A DNA stretch of 64,000 nt, from positions 12,965-76,964 of the forward strand of contig JBBTUJ010000003.1 of NCBI GenBank assembly GCA_038063815.1, given 5' to 3'. Below the pieces are notes generated by a model. That model was not told the origin of the DNA and did no database searches. It saw only the letters and a program-made list of their open reading frames with translations. Of this stretch, positions 36,340-45,400 are shown in pieces; position 1 is the stretch's first letter; each line of letters starts with the position of its first letter. Origin of the DNA: Patescibacteria group bacterium. GTDB taxonomy: Bacteria > Patescibacteriota > Minisyncoccia > Phycocordibacterales > EsbW-18. A program made the translations under genes and the position numbers.

Positions 36340-36400
36340 AAACAGTCAAGGCCCCTCTCCTTGGGGGGCCTCGGGCAAATCGTGGTTAGACAAGTTTGTG

Positions 36401-36958
36401 TCAGGGTAACATCATCGCGTACTGAAAGTGTGCGAAGGCACGGGTGAGCCCGAGGTCGCCGTTCCTGTTGAGGATGACGAAGTCGGCGAGCCCAACCCCA
36501 TCAAGGATTTCACCAGGGGCGTTTTCCAGACGCGTCGAGAGATCCTCGGGTTTTACTCCAAGATCTCTTGCCACAATCCGACCACGGATCGTATCCATGT
36601 CGGGAGTAAGGACGAAAATAAACTTCGCCGGAATTCCCGTCCCTCGAATTTGACGCGCACCCTGCACGTCGATGTCGACGATGGTTCTGAGGTTGTCGCG
36701 GCCAACCTCGGACCGGGGCGTTCCGTACAACTTTCCATGGACCTCGGCCCACTCGAGGAACTCTCCACGCGCGGCCATCTCTTCGAATTGTTCGCGCGCG
36801 ATGAAGTGATACTCGACTCCGTCCGTCTCACCGGGACGAGGGCTCCGCGTCGTACACGACACGGACACTCTGTATCCCGGAACCACTTTCATGAACTTCT
36901 TGATGAGGGTTCCCTTGCCGGCGCCAGAAGGTCCGGAGACGACAGACAGATTTTGCAT
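36401..36958 (-). CDS. gmk: guanylate kinase
   Basis: 'VVSGPSGAGKGTL' P-loop, 'TTRSPRPGE'. Confidence 0.9.
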   Translation of the reverse strand: MQNLSVVSGPSGAGKGTLIKKFMKVVPGYRVSVSCTTRSPRPGETDGVEYHFIAREQFEEMAARGEFLEWAEVHGKLYGTPRSEVGRDNLRTIVDIDVQGARQIRGTGIPAKFIFVLTPDMDTIRGRIVARDLGVKPEDLSTRLENAPGEILDGVGLADFVILNRNGDLGLTRAFAHFQYAMMLP

Positions 36959-37065
36959 CGCTGACCCTCCAGGTCGTTAGGTGCTTCTGGTGTCGGACTT
37001 TACTCTCCTAAAAACATGAAGTCAATTGAACGAAAAGCGTAAGTAAGGTATTCTGGCTTCGCGTC

Positions 37066-37138
37066 GGGCGCTTAGCTCAGTTGGTAGAGCAACTCTTTTA
37101 CACAGAGAAGGTCAGGGGTTCGAATCCCTTAGCGCCCA
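37066..37138 (+). tRNA. tRNA-Val (anticodon UAC)
   Basis: acceptor GGGCGCT/AGCGCCC, D-arm GCTCAGTTGGTAGAGC, anticodon loop UUUACAC, T-loop TTCGAAT. Confidence 0.8.
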
Positions 37139-37148
37139 CAAAAACAAA

Positions 37149-37862
37149 ATGCAGATAGAAATCTTGTACGAAGACGATAACCTCCTTGCTATCAATAAGC
37201 CATCGGGGCTGAAGGTTCACGGTGATGGTAGAACTTCCGATGAAACACTTGCTGATTGGGTGCTTGAAAAATATCCCGCACTCAAGGACGTTGGTGAACC
37301 GGGCGTGCTTTCCGATGGGCGGGCAATCGCTCGTCCGGGAATCGTGCACCGCATTGATGCGGAAACATCCGGTGTTCTTGTGCTTGTAAAAAACCAAGAA
37401 ACATTTTTACATTTGAAGAATCAATTTCAGACACGCGCTATAAAAAAGCACTACAACACCTTCGTGTACGGCGTTCCCAAGGGTGTTCGTGCCGTCATCA
37501 ATCGTCCGATTGGGAAGAGTAGGAGAGACCCGCGACTCTGGTCAGCGCAGCGTGGCGCGCGGGGAGTGCTTCGCGAAGCAATCACGCAGTACCGTGTTGC
37601 AAAAACAGGTACAGCGCACGCATATCTCGATGTGTTTCCGCGAACAGGAAGAACGCACCAAATTCGCGTTCACATGAAAGCAATCAATCATCCAATCGTG
37701 TGCGATCGCTTGTACGCACCTGTCCATGAACCAGCGCTCGGGTTTACACGCTTGGCACTTCATGCGACAGCTATCACGATGATTGACATTACTGGTCGCG
37801 AACACAAATTCGAAGCACCCCTTCCCGCCGACTTCCAAAACGCACTCAAAAATCTCCAATAA
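37149..37862 (+). CDS. RluA-family pseudouridine synthase
   Basis: 'LLAINKPSGLKVH', 'HRIDAETSGVLVLVKN' catalytic Asp motif. Confidence 0.85.
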   Translation: MQIEILYEDDNLLAINKPSGLKVHGDGRTSDETLADWVLEKYPALKDVGEPGVLSDGRAIARPGIVHRIDAETSGVLVLVKNQETFLHLKNQFQTRAIKKHYNTFVYGVPKGVRAVINRPIGKSRRDPRLWSAQRGARGVLREAITQYRVAKTGTAHAYLDVFPRTGRTHQIRVHMKAINHPIVCDRLYAPVHEPALGFTRLALHATAITMIDITGREHKFEAPLPADFQNALKNLQ

Positions 37863-37918
37863 ACGCGCATTCTGAACGGTTGCCTTCGGCAAAAAGGCGT
37901 GCTAGAGTAACGTTTCCT

Positions 37919-38383
37919 ATGAAAACGCCGAACATAAAGATCTCGTCCGCAAATGTCGTGGCCCGCAAAGAACTTCCGATGCGCGCGGGTGATACCGTTC
38001 GTGTGTGGGTGAAAATCGAAGAAAAAGGAAAGACACGACTTCAGGCATTTGAGGGAACGGTTCTTGCACGAAAGGGCGGTACGCAAGCTGGAGCAACGTT
38101 CACCGTGCGACGTGTTGCGGGAGGGCACGGTGTCGAAAAAATATTTCCTCTCTACTCACCAACAATCGACAAAATCGAGATTCTCCGTCGCGTAAAGACA
38201 CGACGTGCGAAGCTCTACCACATCCGTGACAAGGCAACGCGTGAAATCAGACGCCAGATGCGAAAGATGCACTTGGTCAATATTAATGATGACGGTGCAC
38301 CAGAAGAGATAACGCCGGAAGAAATTGTACAAGAAACACCTTCGTCTGAAGAAAAGGTTGAGACGGAAACAGCTACTACATAG
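37919..38383 (+). CDS. rplS: 50S ribosomal protein L19 (with C-terminal acidic extension)
   Basis: '[59 protein letters not shown]' L19 core. Confidence 0.85.
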   Translation: [154 protein letters not shown]

Positions 38384-38903
38384 TTTTTTATTTCACCCAT
38401 CCTTGACGGTACGGGGTCGAAGAGTATTGTGTCTCTAGGTTTTGATCTGTTCCTGTCCCACAAACTCAAGGAGAGCACGCTGTGAAGAAGACGCACCTGT
38501 TGCCGACTGATTGGAACAAAGACGAGGATTACGCACTGGATCTCAACGGCGGCGTTTTCGTCTGCCGAATCCAGGAGGTGCACTTCGACCAAGCCCACTG
38601 TCGTGTGGGCGTGGTGGTCGGGAACCAAATCGATTTCAGCGGTCCCGAGGCCACCAACCCGCGTCATGGCGAAACACTGGAACTCGAGCACCCGTTTTCG
38701 CTGAAAAGCTTCGCCTTCCTTGGGTGGCGAGTGCGGCGTCTCGCCCCACACGAGCGCGCCCGCGCCCTCGGCGAGGCGAAGTTTCATCAGGGTGCCTAGG
38801 GGCGTGCTGTTGGCACGCGCTGGCGGCGGCTTTCTTCGGAAGGCCGCCGCTTCAACTTTCTTTTTGTTTAGCACTGTTGTATGGTGTTGTGTATTCGAAA
38901 CAC

Positions 38904-38987
38904 GCGCAGGTGGCGAAATTGGTAGACGCACTACCTTGAGGTGGTAGCGCCCGCAAGGGCTTGGAGGTTCAAATCCTCTCCTGCGCA
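38904..38987 (+). tRNA. tRNA-Leu (anticodon GAG)
   Basis: acceptor GCGCAGG/CCTGCGC, long variable arm, anticodon loop UUGAGGU, T-loop TTCAAAT. Confidence 0.8.
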
Positions 38988-39012
38988 CATTTTTAGACAG
39001 CAATTTTTATTT

Positions 39013-39546
39013 ATGAAAAAATCACTCCTTGTCATTCTTGTTCTCATTATCATCGGAGGCATTCTTTATTTTGTTTCAAAAAAACCCGCTCCTGACGAAA
39101 GCACTATCACATCGTTTGAAGAGTGCGCGAAATACTATCCGGTGATGGAGTCATATCCAGAGCAGTGCAACACCCCGGGTGGTAAGCATTTCACACGCGA
39201 CGTCGGAAATATCCTCGAGAAGATGGATCTCATAGACATCGCATCTCCCCGACCGGGCGATGTTGTAAAAAGCCCGCTTACGGTAACTGGTGAAGCGCGT
39301 GGCACGTGGTATTTCGAGGCATCATTTCCTGTGACATTGGTTGATGATGAGGGCGTTGAAGTCGCGCGTGGAATTGCAGAGGCGCAAGGAGAATGGATGA
39401 CAGAAGAATTCGTCCCCTTCAAGGCAACCCTCACATTCACTGAAAAGCCGACCACAGAAAAGGGTCGTTTGATGCTTCACAAGGACAATCCCTCGGGCTT
39501 GCCTCAAAACGATGACGTTCTCATTGTGCCGATTGTGTTTGAATAA
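39013..39546 (+). CDS. secreted Ig-like (Gmad2-type) domain protein
   Basis: signal/TM 'LLVILVLIIIGGILYF'; 'PGDVVKSPLTVTGEARGTWYFEASFPV...' beta-sandwich-like. Confidence 0.5.
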   Translation: MKKSLLVILVLIIIGGILYFVSKKPAPDESTITSFEECAKYYPVMESYPEQCNTPGGKHFTRDVGNILEKMDLIDIASPRPGDVVKSPLTVTGEARGTWYFEASFPVTLVDDEGVEVARGIAEAQGEWMTEEFVPFKATLTFTEKPTTEKGRLMLHKDNPSGLPQNDDVLIVPIVFE

Positions 39547-39577
39547 CACGAAGCGTCTTATCAGTAGCGACTAGGCC

Positions 39578-39910
39578 ATGAGTAACCACTTCTCGGAGAA
39601 AATAACCCGTGCGCTTGGATCCCCGGCTTCTCTTGCCATACACACCATTCTTTTTATTGGTGTATTTTTTCTACCATATCTCGGATTCTCGTTTGACCGG
39701 GTACTTCTTGGGCTGACGACCATCGTATCGCTCGAGGCCATCTATCTTTCGCTTTTTATTCAGATGACGGTCAACAGAAACACAGAAAGTTTGCAGGGCG
39801 TTGAGGAAGAGATCGGAGAGATTCAGGAAGATATTGGCGAGATCACGGAAGATATCGATGAGTTGTATCAAGAAGAGATAGAAAACCAAGAAGCAGAAGA
39901 AATCGTGTGA
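39578..39910 (+). CDS. DUF1003-family membrane protein
   Basis: 'FDRVLLGLTTIVSLEAIYLSLFIQMTVNRN' matches the DUF1003 core; acidic C-terminal tail. Confidence 0.6.
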   Translation: MSNHFSEKITRALGSPASLAIHTILFIGVFFLPYLGFSFDRVLLGLTTIVSLEAIYLSLFIQMTVNRNTESLQGVEEEIGEIQEDIGEITEDIDELYQEEIENQEAEEIV

Positions 39911-39967
39911 GATAAGGCCGGCATAAACTTTATCGAGATTTTATCTCGGCATTTCTACGATAGAGAG

Positions 39968-40462
39968 ATGCCACAGGTGAAATGTAAATTGTGCAAAACC
40001 CCCTTTCATGCAAAACCATCGTGGCTCAAGCGGGGCCACGGGATTTATTGTTCTCCCCCGTGCCAACATGTTGGGAGACGAAACGGGAAAGTCATTACGT
40101 GTTTTGGGTGTGGCAAGGAGTCCTACAGGAATTTACACTTACTGAAGCAGTCAAAAAGCGGAAAGTACTTTTGTAGCAAGTCATGTCAGACAAAATGGCG
40201 AAACGCTCTCTTCGTTGGAGCAAAACACGCGAACTGGAAAGATGGTATGCACGCATATCGGAGTGTTTTGTCCCGACACGGAGTTCCGCAGGTTTGCAAA
40301 CGATGTGAAACGAACGACAAACGAATCCTCGCGGTCCATCACATCGATAGGAACAGAAAAAACAATAAAGTTGATAATCTCATCTGGCTTTGCCATAATT
40401 GCCACCACCTTATCCATCATCACAAAAATGAGGAACAAGGGCTCATGGTGCCCATAGTTTAG
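39968..40462 (+). CDS. HNH endonuclease with N-terminal Cys-rich zinc-finger region
   Basis: 'AVHHIDRNRKNNKVDNLIWLCHNCHHLIHH' HNH motif; the 3' end overlaps the tRNA-His 5' end by about 16 nt. Confidence 0.75.
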   Translation: MPQVKCKLCKTPFHAKPSWLKRGHGIYCSPPCQHVGRRNGKVITCFGCGKESYRNLHLLKQSKSGKYFCSKSCQTKWRNALFVGAKHANWKDGMHAYRSVLSRHGVPQVCKRCETNDKRILAVHHIDRNRKNNKVDNLIWLCHNCHHLIHHHKNEEQGLMVPIV

Positions 40463-40521
40463 TGGTAAAACTCCGCTCTGTGGCAGCGGCGTCGAGAGTC
40501 CGATTCTCTCTGGGCACCCCA
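40447..40521 (+). tRNA. tRNA-His (anticodon GUG) with encoded G-1 and CCA
   Basis: G-1 + acceptor GTGCCCA/TGGGCAC, discriminator C, anticodon loop CUGUGGC, T-arm GAGAG-TCCGATT-CTCTC. Confidence 0.85.
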
Positions 40522-40544
40522 ATTAGAGATAGTTAGTATTTTGC

Positions 40545-40720
40545 ATACTCACACATACGCGAGACACCCGGTCGTCCTACAAGGGACGACCGGGCGCTGA
40601 TCTCGACCAGTGGCCTCACAGGGCTTGGAGTTAGCCGATAGGCACCTCCCAGGTTTGTTGCTCCCGCGCTGGCCCGAATGGCCAGACGCTAAGAGGTCTT
40701 TTCCGTGCGTACCATAGCCA
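40545..40720 (+). ncRNA. candidate structured small RNA (GC-rich, hairpins + terminator-like 3' end), unclassified
   Basis: ACCCGGTCGTCCtacaagGGACGACCGGG hairpin; CTGGCCcgaatGGCCAG hairpin; AGACgctaagagGTCTTTTCC at the 3' end; no credible ORF. Confidence 0.3.
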
Positions 40721-40802
40721 AGATTTGGCCAAAAATCAATCACTGTCTTATTTTTTGGAAAACATCACCGCATCCGCGTATGTTTAGAGTAGCCGTAAGG
40801 AA

Positions 40803-40845
40803 TCGTCTTCGCGCTCGAGCAAAAATGAGAACTGATATACTTTTG
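40803..40845 (+). promoter_or_regulatory. conserved promoter module (copy 1) with extended -10 TGaTATACT upstream of mltG
   Basis: about 88% identical (38/43) to 42092-42134; the TGnTATACT is conserved in both copies. Confidence 0.6.
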
Positions 40846-40880
40846 ATGTGAGCGAAAATAGGTATTCATACAAAAGTAGA

Positions 40881-41870
40881 ATGAACGTTAAAACTGGTAC
40901 GAAACGTCGTCTGCTACAAGTTTGTCTTTTCTGTCTCGTGGTGATGATAGTCGCCACGCCATCTTTATTAATAGGCCTTATTCGACTCGAAGACGACAGA
41001 TCGCCTTTTAGCACAGCGTTTCCCGTGACCGTTAATCCGCGAACGAAGACAATTATTGATGACAAGAATATAGAAGCGTATCTACAAAGCGATGCATCTC
41101 CTTTGCAGGCAAGTGCTATCGTGGCCTTTTCAAAACTCAGTGACTTTTTTGTATCGTTCGTGGCGTCTTTCTCAAACTTTGCTGTAGATCACGGTCTAGC
41201 GCTTGCAAGTCAGGAAAAGGTGGTAATCATCGCCCCCGGAGCACGGAAGGAAGAAGTCGCTACTGCGCTTGCAAGAACTCTCACGTGGAATGGTGAAGAA
41301 AAAAAAGAATTTCTGAACGCGGACGAGGGCTTTTTATTTCCAGGAATGTACGTCGTGGATACGAATGCCTCGCCCCTTGAAGTGAAAACCGCGATAGAAG
41401 AAAGATTTAATGAAAATATTTTGTCTCGATATGGAACAACAACCGAAGAGATTGTGCCCCTCACCACAGCGTTGACGATTGCATCACTTATTCAAAAAGA
41501 AACCATCGGCACTCGAGATATGCGACTTGTTTCCGGTATCATTTGGAATCGAATCTTTGTCGGACAAAAACTCCAACTTGATGCAACACTCCAGTATGTG
41601 AAGGCCTCAAAACTACAGAATGGTCAGTGGTGGCCCAAGGTTCTTTCAAAAGATAAATTCATAGAATCTCCCTACAATACGTACAAACATCACGGCTTAC
41701 CACCAACGCCCATTGCCAGTCCGTCTGTGGCAGCTGTAGTGGCGGCTCTCAATCCCTTACGGACCGATTGTTTTTACTACTTTCACGACAAGGACGGAGA
41801 CATTCACTGTTCAGTGGACTATGAAACACACGAGGCGCTCATAGAGCAATTCTTTAACATCACCAAATAA
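40881..41870 (+). CDS. mltG: endolytic murein transglycosylase MltG (YceG-like)
   Basis: 'SPYNTYKHHGLPPTPIASPSVAAVVAALNP' YceG signature; N-terminal TM. Confidence 0.85.
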   Translation: MNVKTGTKRRLLQVCLFCLVVMIVATPSLLIGLIRLEDDRSPFSTAFPVTVNPRTKTIIDDKNIEAYLQSDASPLQASAIVAFSKLSDFFVSFVASFSNFAVDHGLALASQEKVVIIAPGARKEEVATALARTLTWNGEEKKEFLNADEGFLFPGMYVVDTNASPLEVKTAIEERFNENILSRYGTTTEEIVPLTTALTIASLIQKETIGTRDMRLVSGIIWNRIFVGQKLQLDATLQYVKASKLQNGQWWPKVLSKDKFIESPYNTYKHHGLPPTPIASPSVAAVVAALNPLRTDCFYYFHDKDGDIHCSVDYETHEALIEQFFNITK

Positions 41871-42091
41871 GCTCCATCACGTCTTGGTATACTTTTTATA
41901 CGCGCAGTATTAATGTATCTTCTGATTCAAATATACACACGGGATATTTGTATGACCATTTGGACGGATACGATTTTAACAACGCTAGTGTCTATGTTTG
42001 TGGCCGTGATGTTGCCTGTAAGGCAATGGTTGAGAAAATCAAAGCGCTAGGGCCCCAAAATTGCGAATTCTTTGTCGAGGGGTTTCATTGA

Positions 42092-42134
42092 TTGTCTTCG
42101 TGCTCGAACAAAAATAAGAACTGGTATACTTTTG
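42092..42134 (+). promoter_or_regulatory. conserved promoter module (copy 2) with extended -10 TGgTATACT
   Basis: paralogous to 40803-40845; lies inside the ORF-track N-terminal extension of the next gene. Confidence 0.6.
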
Positions 42135-42136
42135 TT

Positions 42137-42940
42137 ATGGAAGGTGAATCAAAACTGAAAACAGCGGAAACAGATGAACCACCTTTTGTTGGGAGCCGGT
42201 TGGATAGCGAGGTCTCAGAAGACCACAAGGGCTCGGGCAAGTTAACAGAAATAGAAAATAACCCGAACAAGGTTATTCGCCGCGAGAGCCTCGATGCTTT
42301 ACGTACTAGGTATAAGAACAAGATAGAGATAGTCGAGCTTGTTCGTATCGCAAAAACACTATTTGAGGAGTTGGAAACAAAATACGGGATTGAGGCACCG
42401 GTTGATTTTATTATTGGGGTAGACGCACCGGGAAATGGGGTCGTCTATTCGATTGTTGATAAGATTGATGGGGAGGGTTTGGGTGTTCTTGGGGACTCGT
42501 CCGAAGCACTTTCCCAGATCCAAGATCTCTACGCTTCAGTTGCTCGGTATTATCTCGATAAATTAAGAGACGGAGGTTTTTACCTGAACGATATTGCGAA
42601 CGAAGCACAGTATGTATATGGTAAAAAGCCAGGTACAGAAAAGAATAAGATATATCTTGTAGATACGGACATATATTTTAACGAAAGCAGTGTCAAAATG
42701 TATACAACAGTAGTGTGGCTAACAAGACACATCAAGGAACACGAAAAGAATCTCGGAATCGTGTTTGAAAGCGCTCGCGAGTACCTGCAACAATTTGTTA
42801 ATCAACCGTTGCCTGACAAAATGAGTAGTGAAGAAAAAATACGTGTTACAAAAAATATTGAAGGTATACAGAAGTTCTTAAACCACGAAAAACTTGGAGA
42901 AGGACCAATTCCAGCGATTCCGGACTTCGATATACGTTAG
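42137..42940 (+). CDS. hypothetical cytoplasmic protein
   Basis: ATG at 42137 after the promoter module; no recognised motif. Confidence 0.5.
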   Translation: MEGESKLKTAETDEPPFVGSRLDSEVSEDHKGSGKLTEIENNPNKVIRRESLDALRTRYKNKIEIVELVRIAKTLFEELETKYGIEAPVDFIIGVDAPGNGVVYSIVDKIDGEGLGVLGDSSEALSQIQDLYASVARYYLDKLRDGGFYLNDIANEAQYVYGKKPGTEKNKIYLVDTDIYFNESSVKMYTTVVWLTRHIKEHEKNLGIVFESAREYLQQFVNQPLPDKMSSEEKIRVTKNIEGIQKFLNHEKLGEGPIPAIPDFDIR

Positions 42941-42974
42941 GAAGTGGGCTTTTGAAAAAACACCAGTTCCAGCG

Positions 42975-43727
42975 TCACGGTCTCTTTTTTGTTGGAAGTG
43001 TGTTCCAGATGAAATTCCACCACTTTATATAATCTTGTGCGAGTGTTTTATCTTTAAGAACGAAAATTGTTATATCATCTGATAGGCCTTTTGGATTTAT
43101 GCCGGAGTAAATAGCCACATAATTTCCAAAAATATCAATTGACGACTCGGTTGATAACTCTTTGGGGAGAAATTTATATTCGCCGCCAACAGCCCGTGTT
43201 ATTTCTGGGAATTCTTTAATTGATGCGTCATATATAATTTTATTTTTTAAACGAAGCAGGGAATACTTTTTTACAGCATGTCTAACAAAATTCTTTATAC
43301 GAGGATCAAACCATGACCCCTTACTTCCGAGGCCGTAAATAGGTTTTCCAACAGAGAGCTCGAGTGCAATATAGTTCTTAAGCCCGCCGATGCCTTTGTA
43401 TACATATACCGACTGTGATGTAACAACATTTTTGTATTTTTTGATGAGACCAGGCAGGGCGTTTTCAAGGTTCTGTACTCGCTCGTCAAGTATCTCTCGT
43501 AGTTTATCGGGATGTACGGGCGCATACGTGAGAATTTTTTTTGGTAAAACTTGAAAGGCGAGACCTTTGTGAATAAGGCGTTGAATAGCATCATACGTAT
43601 TGCGACGATGAATCTCCGCATGTTTAGAAATGCTCCAAATAGAGGCCCTTTTAAGCTCTAAAAGAGATTTGTAGATCTTGCTCTCATTGGGTGTTAAACC
43701 AATATCTTTGAGTACCTGTTCATACAT
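42975..43727 (-). CDS. TrmB-family (sugar-responsive) transcriptional regulator
   Basis: N-terminal wHTH 'MYEQVLKDIGLTPNESKIYKSLLELKRASIWSISKHAEI...'; the ORF may extend to 43802. Confidence 0.6.
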   Translation of the reverse strand: MYEQVLKDIGLTPNESKIYKSLLELKRASIWSISKHAEIHRRNTYDAIQRLIHKGLAFQVLPKKILTYAPVHPDKLREILDERVQNLENALPGLIKKYKNVVTSQSVYVYKGIGGLKNYIALELSVGKPIYGLGSKGSWFDPRIKNFVRHAVKKYSLLRLKNKIIYDASIKEFPEITRAVGGEYKFLPKELSTESSIDIFGNYVAIYSGINPKGLSDDITIFVLKDKTLAQDYIKWWNFIWNTLPTKKRP

Positions 43728-43919
43728 GGAAATGTAGTGTAGCGTCATTTTTAGAAAGGTCAATAAAATGGTGGTATTGGCCACCACCTGTGATAAGTAC
43801 AATTATTTTATTGGAAATATTGGGTAGTAGGACCCGTTCATCTTTCATGGACAAAATAAGAGCGCTTAAGGTTTTTTGAAAAAGGGGTATAAAATTATTC
43901 GTACAGATAATTTATTTTT

Positions 43920-45029
43920 ATGAAGAACTTTTTGAAAAAAGCGGGAACGGTTCTTATAATACTTGTCGTTTTTGTTATTGGTGCGAGTTACATCAAAAAC
44001 AAAAATAGAGACGTATCCAAGTCAATAAAGGTAGGTGTTGTGTTGCCGCTCACCGGTGACAGTGCTTTTATAGGTGAAGATATGAAAAGAGGGATTGATC
44101 TTGCTGCGGAGGAATTCCCAATGGCCGAGTTTATATATGAAGACAGTGCGGGTAACGTGAAAACTGCGGTCTCTGCGTACCAAAAAATACTTCTTAATAA
44201 ACCCACTGTCATTATTGTAGCGGGCACTGGTGTTGAATCTATAATTCCAATTGCAGAAGAGAACAAAATTCCAACGTTTTTGAGCGTCTCTTCGGCTTCG
44301 GGACTACCACAACAAGGGGAATACATTTTTCGTTATTTTACAAATGCAGATAATGACGCTCCTGTGATGGCTGAGTACGTGGTCGAAAAACTTGGTCTGA
44401 AAAAATTTGCAACGCTATACCTTCAAGATCAGTTTGGGATTGATTACAATGAGGTCTTTTCCCATGAGGTGGTGCGCCGTGGGGGAGAGGTTGTGGTATC
44501 GGAAAGTTTCAACTATGGGAATTTTGATTACCGTAGCCAATTGACGAAACTGAGCGAGAAAGAATTTGATGCACTATATCTTATCGGTCTTGATTTTCAA
44601 CTTATCCGCGCACTAAAAGAAATGAAAGAACTGGGAATAAGCACCCAGATTCTTTCTTTGGGGACTGTTGCAACTCGAGGCGCAATAGAACAGGCGGGGA
44701 CTTCAATTGAAAACGTTTATCTAACAGCATTTTGTACCGATGGTTCACCAGAGGAGTATGTAGTACAATTTCAGAATAAATACGGTATTTATCCGGGATT
44801 TTTTTCTGAGATTGGTTACGACATAGTCCAGATGTTAAAAAAAGCATCTGAAAACGGTCGCGAAAAAAAGAACATACAGCAAGGACTTCTTTCAATAAAA
44901 AACTTTACTGTAAATACTGGCGTAGTCACATCAGACCCATTCGGAGAAATGATTATCCCTATGTGTGTAAAAAAAATTACTGGTGGAAAAATATTCAACA
45001 CGGTTACGGAAAAATATTCAAACTACTGA
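43920..45029 (+). CDS. ABC transporter substrate-binding protein (Leu/Ile/Val-binding LivJ/K-like family)
   Basis: signal/TM anchor; 'KVGVVLPLTGDSAFIGEDMKRGIDLAAEE' type-I periplasmic-binding-fold motif. Confidence 0.7.
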   Translation: MKNFLKKAGTVLIILVVFVIGASYIKNKNRDVSKSIKVGVVLPLTGDSAFIGEDMKRGIDLAAEEFPMAEFIYEDSAGNVKTAVSAYQKILLNKPTVIIVAGTGVESIIPIAEENKIPTFLSVSSASGLPQQGEYIFRYFTNADNDAPVMAEYVVEKLGLKKFATLYLQDQFGIDYNEVFSHEVVRRGGEVVVSESFNYGNFDYRSQLTKLSEKEFDALYLIGLDFQLIRALKEMKELGISTQILSLGTVATRGAIEQAGTSIENVYLTAFCTDGSPEEYVVQFQNKYGIYPGFFSEIGYDIVQMLKKASENGREKKNIQQGLLSIKNFTVNTGVVTSDPFGEMIIPMCVKKITGGKIFNTVTEKYSNY

Positions 45030-45093
45030 ACAGTTCTATTTTCTTCAGTCTCTCGCGGAAAAACCCCTTTGGCACGGGGCAGGTTCATGGTGC

Positions 45094-45117
45094 TTGACAG
45101 ATACCCCCTAGGGGTAT
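45094..45117 (+). promoter_or_regulatory. -35-like TTGACA + perfect palindrome ATACCCC(C)TAGGGGTAT: candidate CsoR-family operator
   Basis: GC-rich pseudo-palindrome of the CsoR-operator type (ATACCCnnnnGGGTAT) 14 bp upstream of the repressor start. Confidence 0.65.
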
Positions 45118-45130
45118 ACCTTTGTTGTAT

Positions 45131-45397
45131 ATGCATAACGACATACACACAAAGGTTACCAACCGCCTCAAGCGTATTGAGGGGCAGGTTCGTGGCTTGC
45201 AAAAAATGGTAGGAGAAAAAAAGTACTGCATTGATATCATCACGCAGTCGTCAGCGATCCGGAACGCGCTGGCTTCTGTCGAAGACCTGATGTTGCAGAA
45301 CCATCTCTCGCAACACGTAGCGCATCAGATGAAACATGGCAAAGAAGCGCAGGCGGCAGAAGAAATCTTGAAGGTCTACAAACTCAAAAGAAAATAA
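45131..45397 (+). CDS. csoR: CsoR/RcnR-family metal-sensing transcriptional repressor
   Basis: 'KRIEGQVRGLQKMVGEKKYCIDIITQSSAIRNAL' DUF156 signature; precedes copA. Confidence 0.8.
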   Translation: MHNDIHTKVTNRLKRIEGQVRGLQKMVGEKKYCIDIITQSSAIRNALASVEDLMLQNHLSQHVAHQMKHGKEAQAAEEILKVYKLKRK

Positions 45398-45400
45398 TAT

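Noticed and set aside
40545-40720. Assigning the GC-rich structured segment to a named RNA family (SRP 4.5S, 6S, tmRNA, RNase P)
   Set aside because: No hallmark motifs were found by eye: no GGAA/AGCAGCC-type SRP domain IV, no tRNA-like tmRNA 3' end, and it is too short for RNase P. It is left unclassified pending Rfam/Infernal.
41952-42053. Possible 33-aa hydrophobic peptide ORF (MTIWTDTILTTLVSMFVAVMLPVRQWLRKSKR) between mltG and the next promoter
   Set aside because: It is short, has no ribosome-binding context and no homology signal, and cannot be supported from sequence alone.
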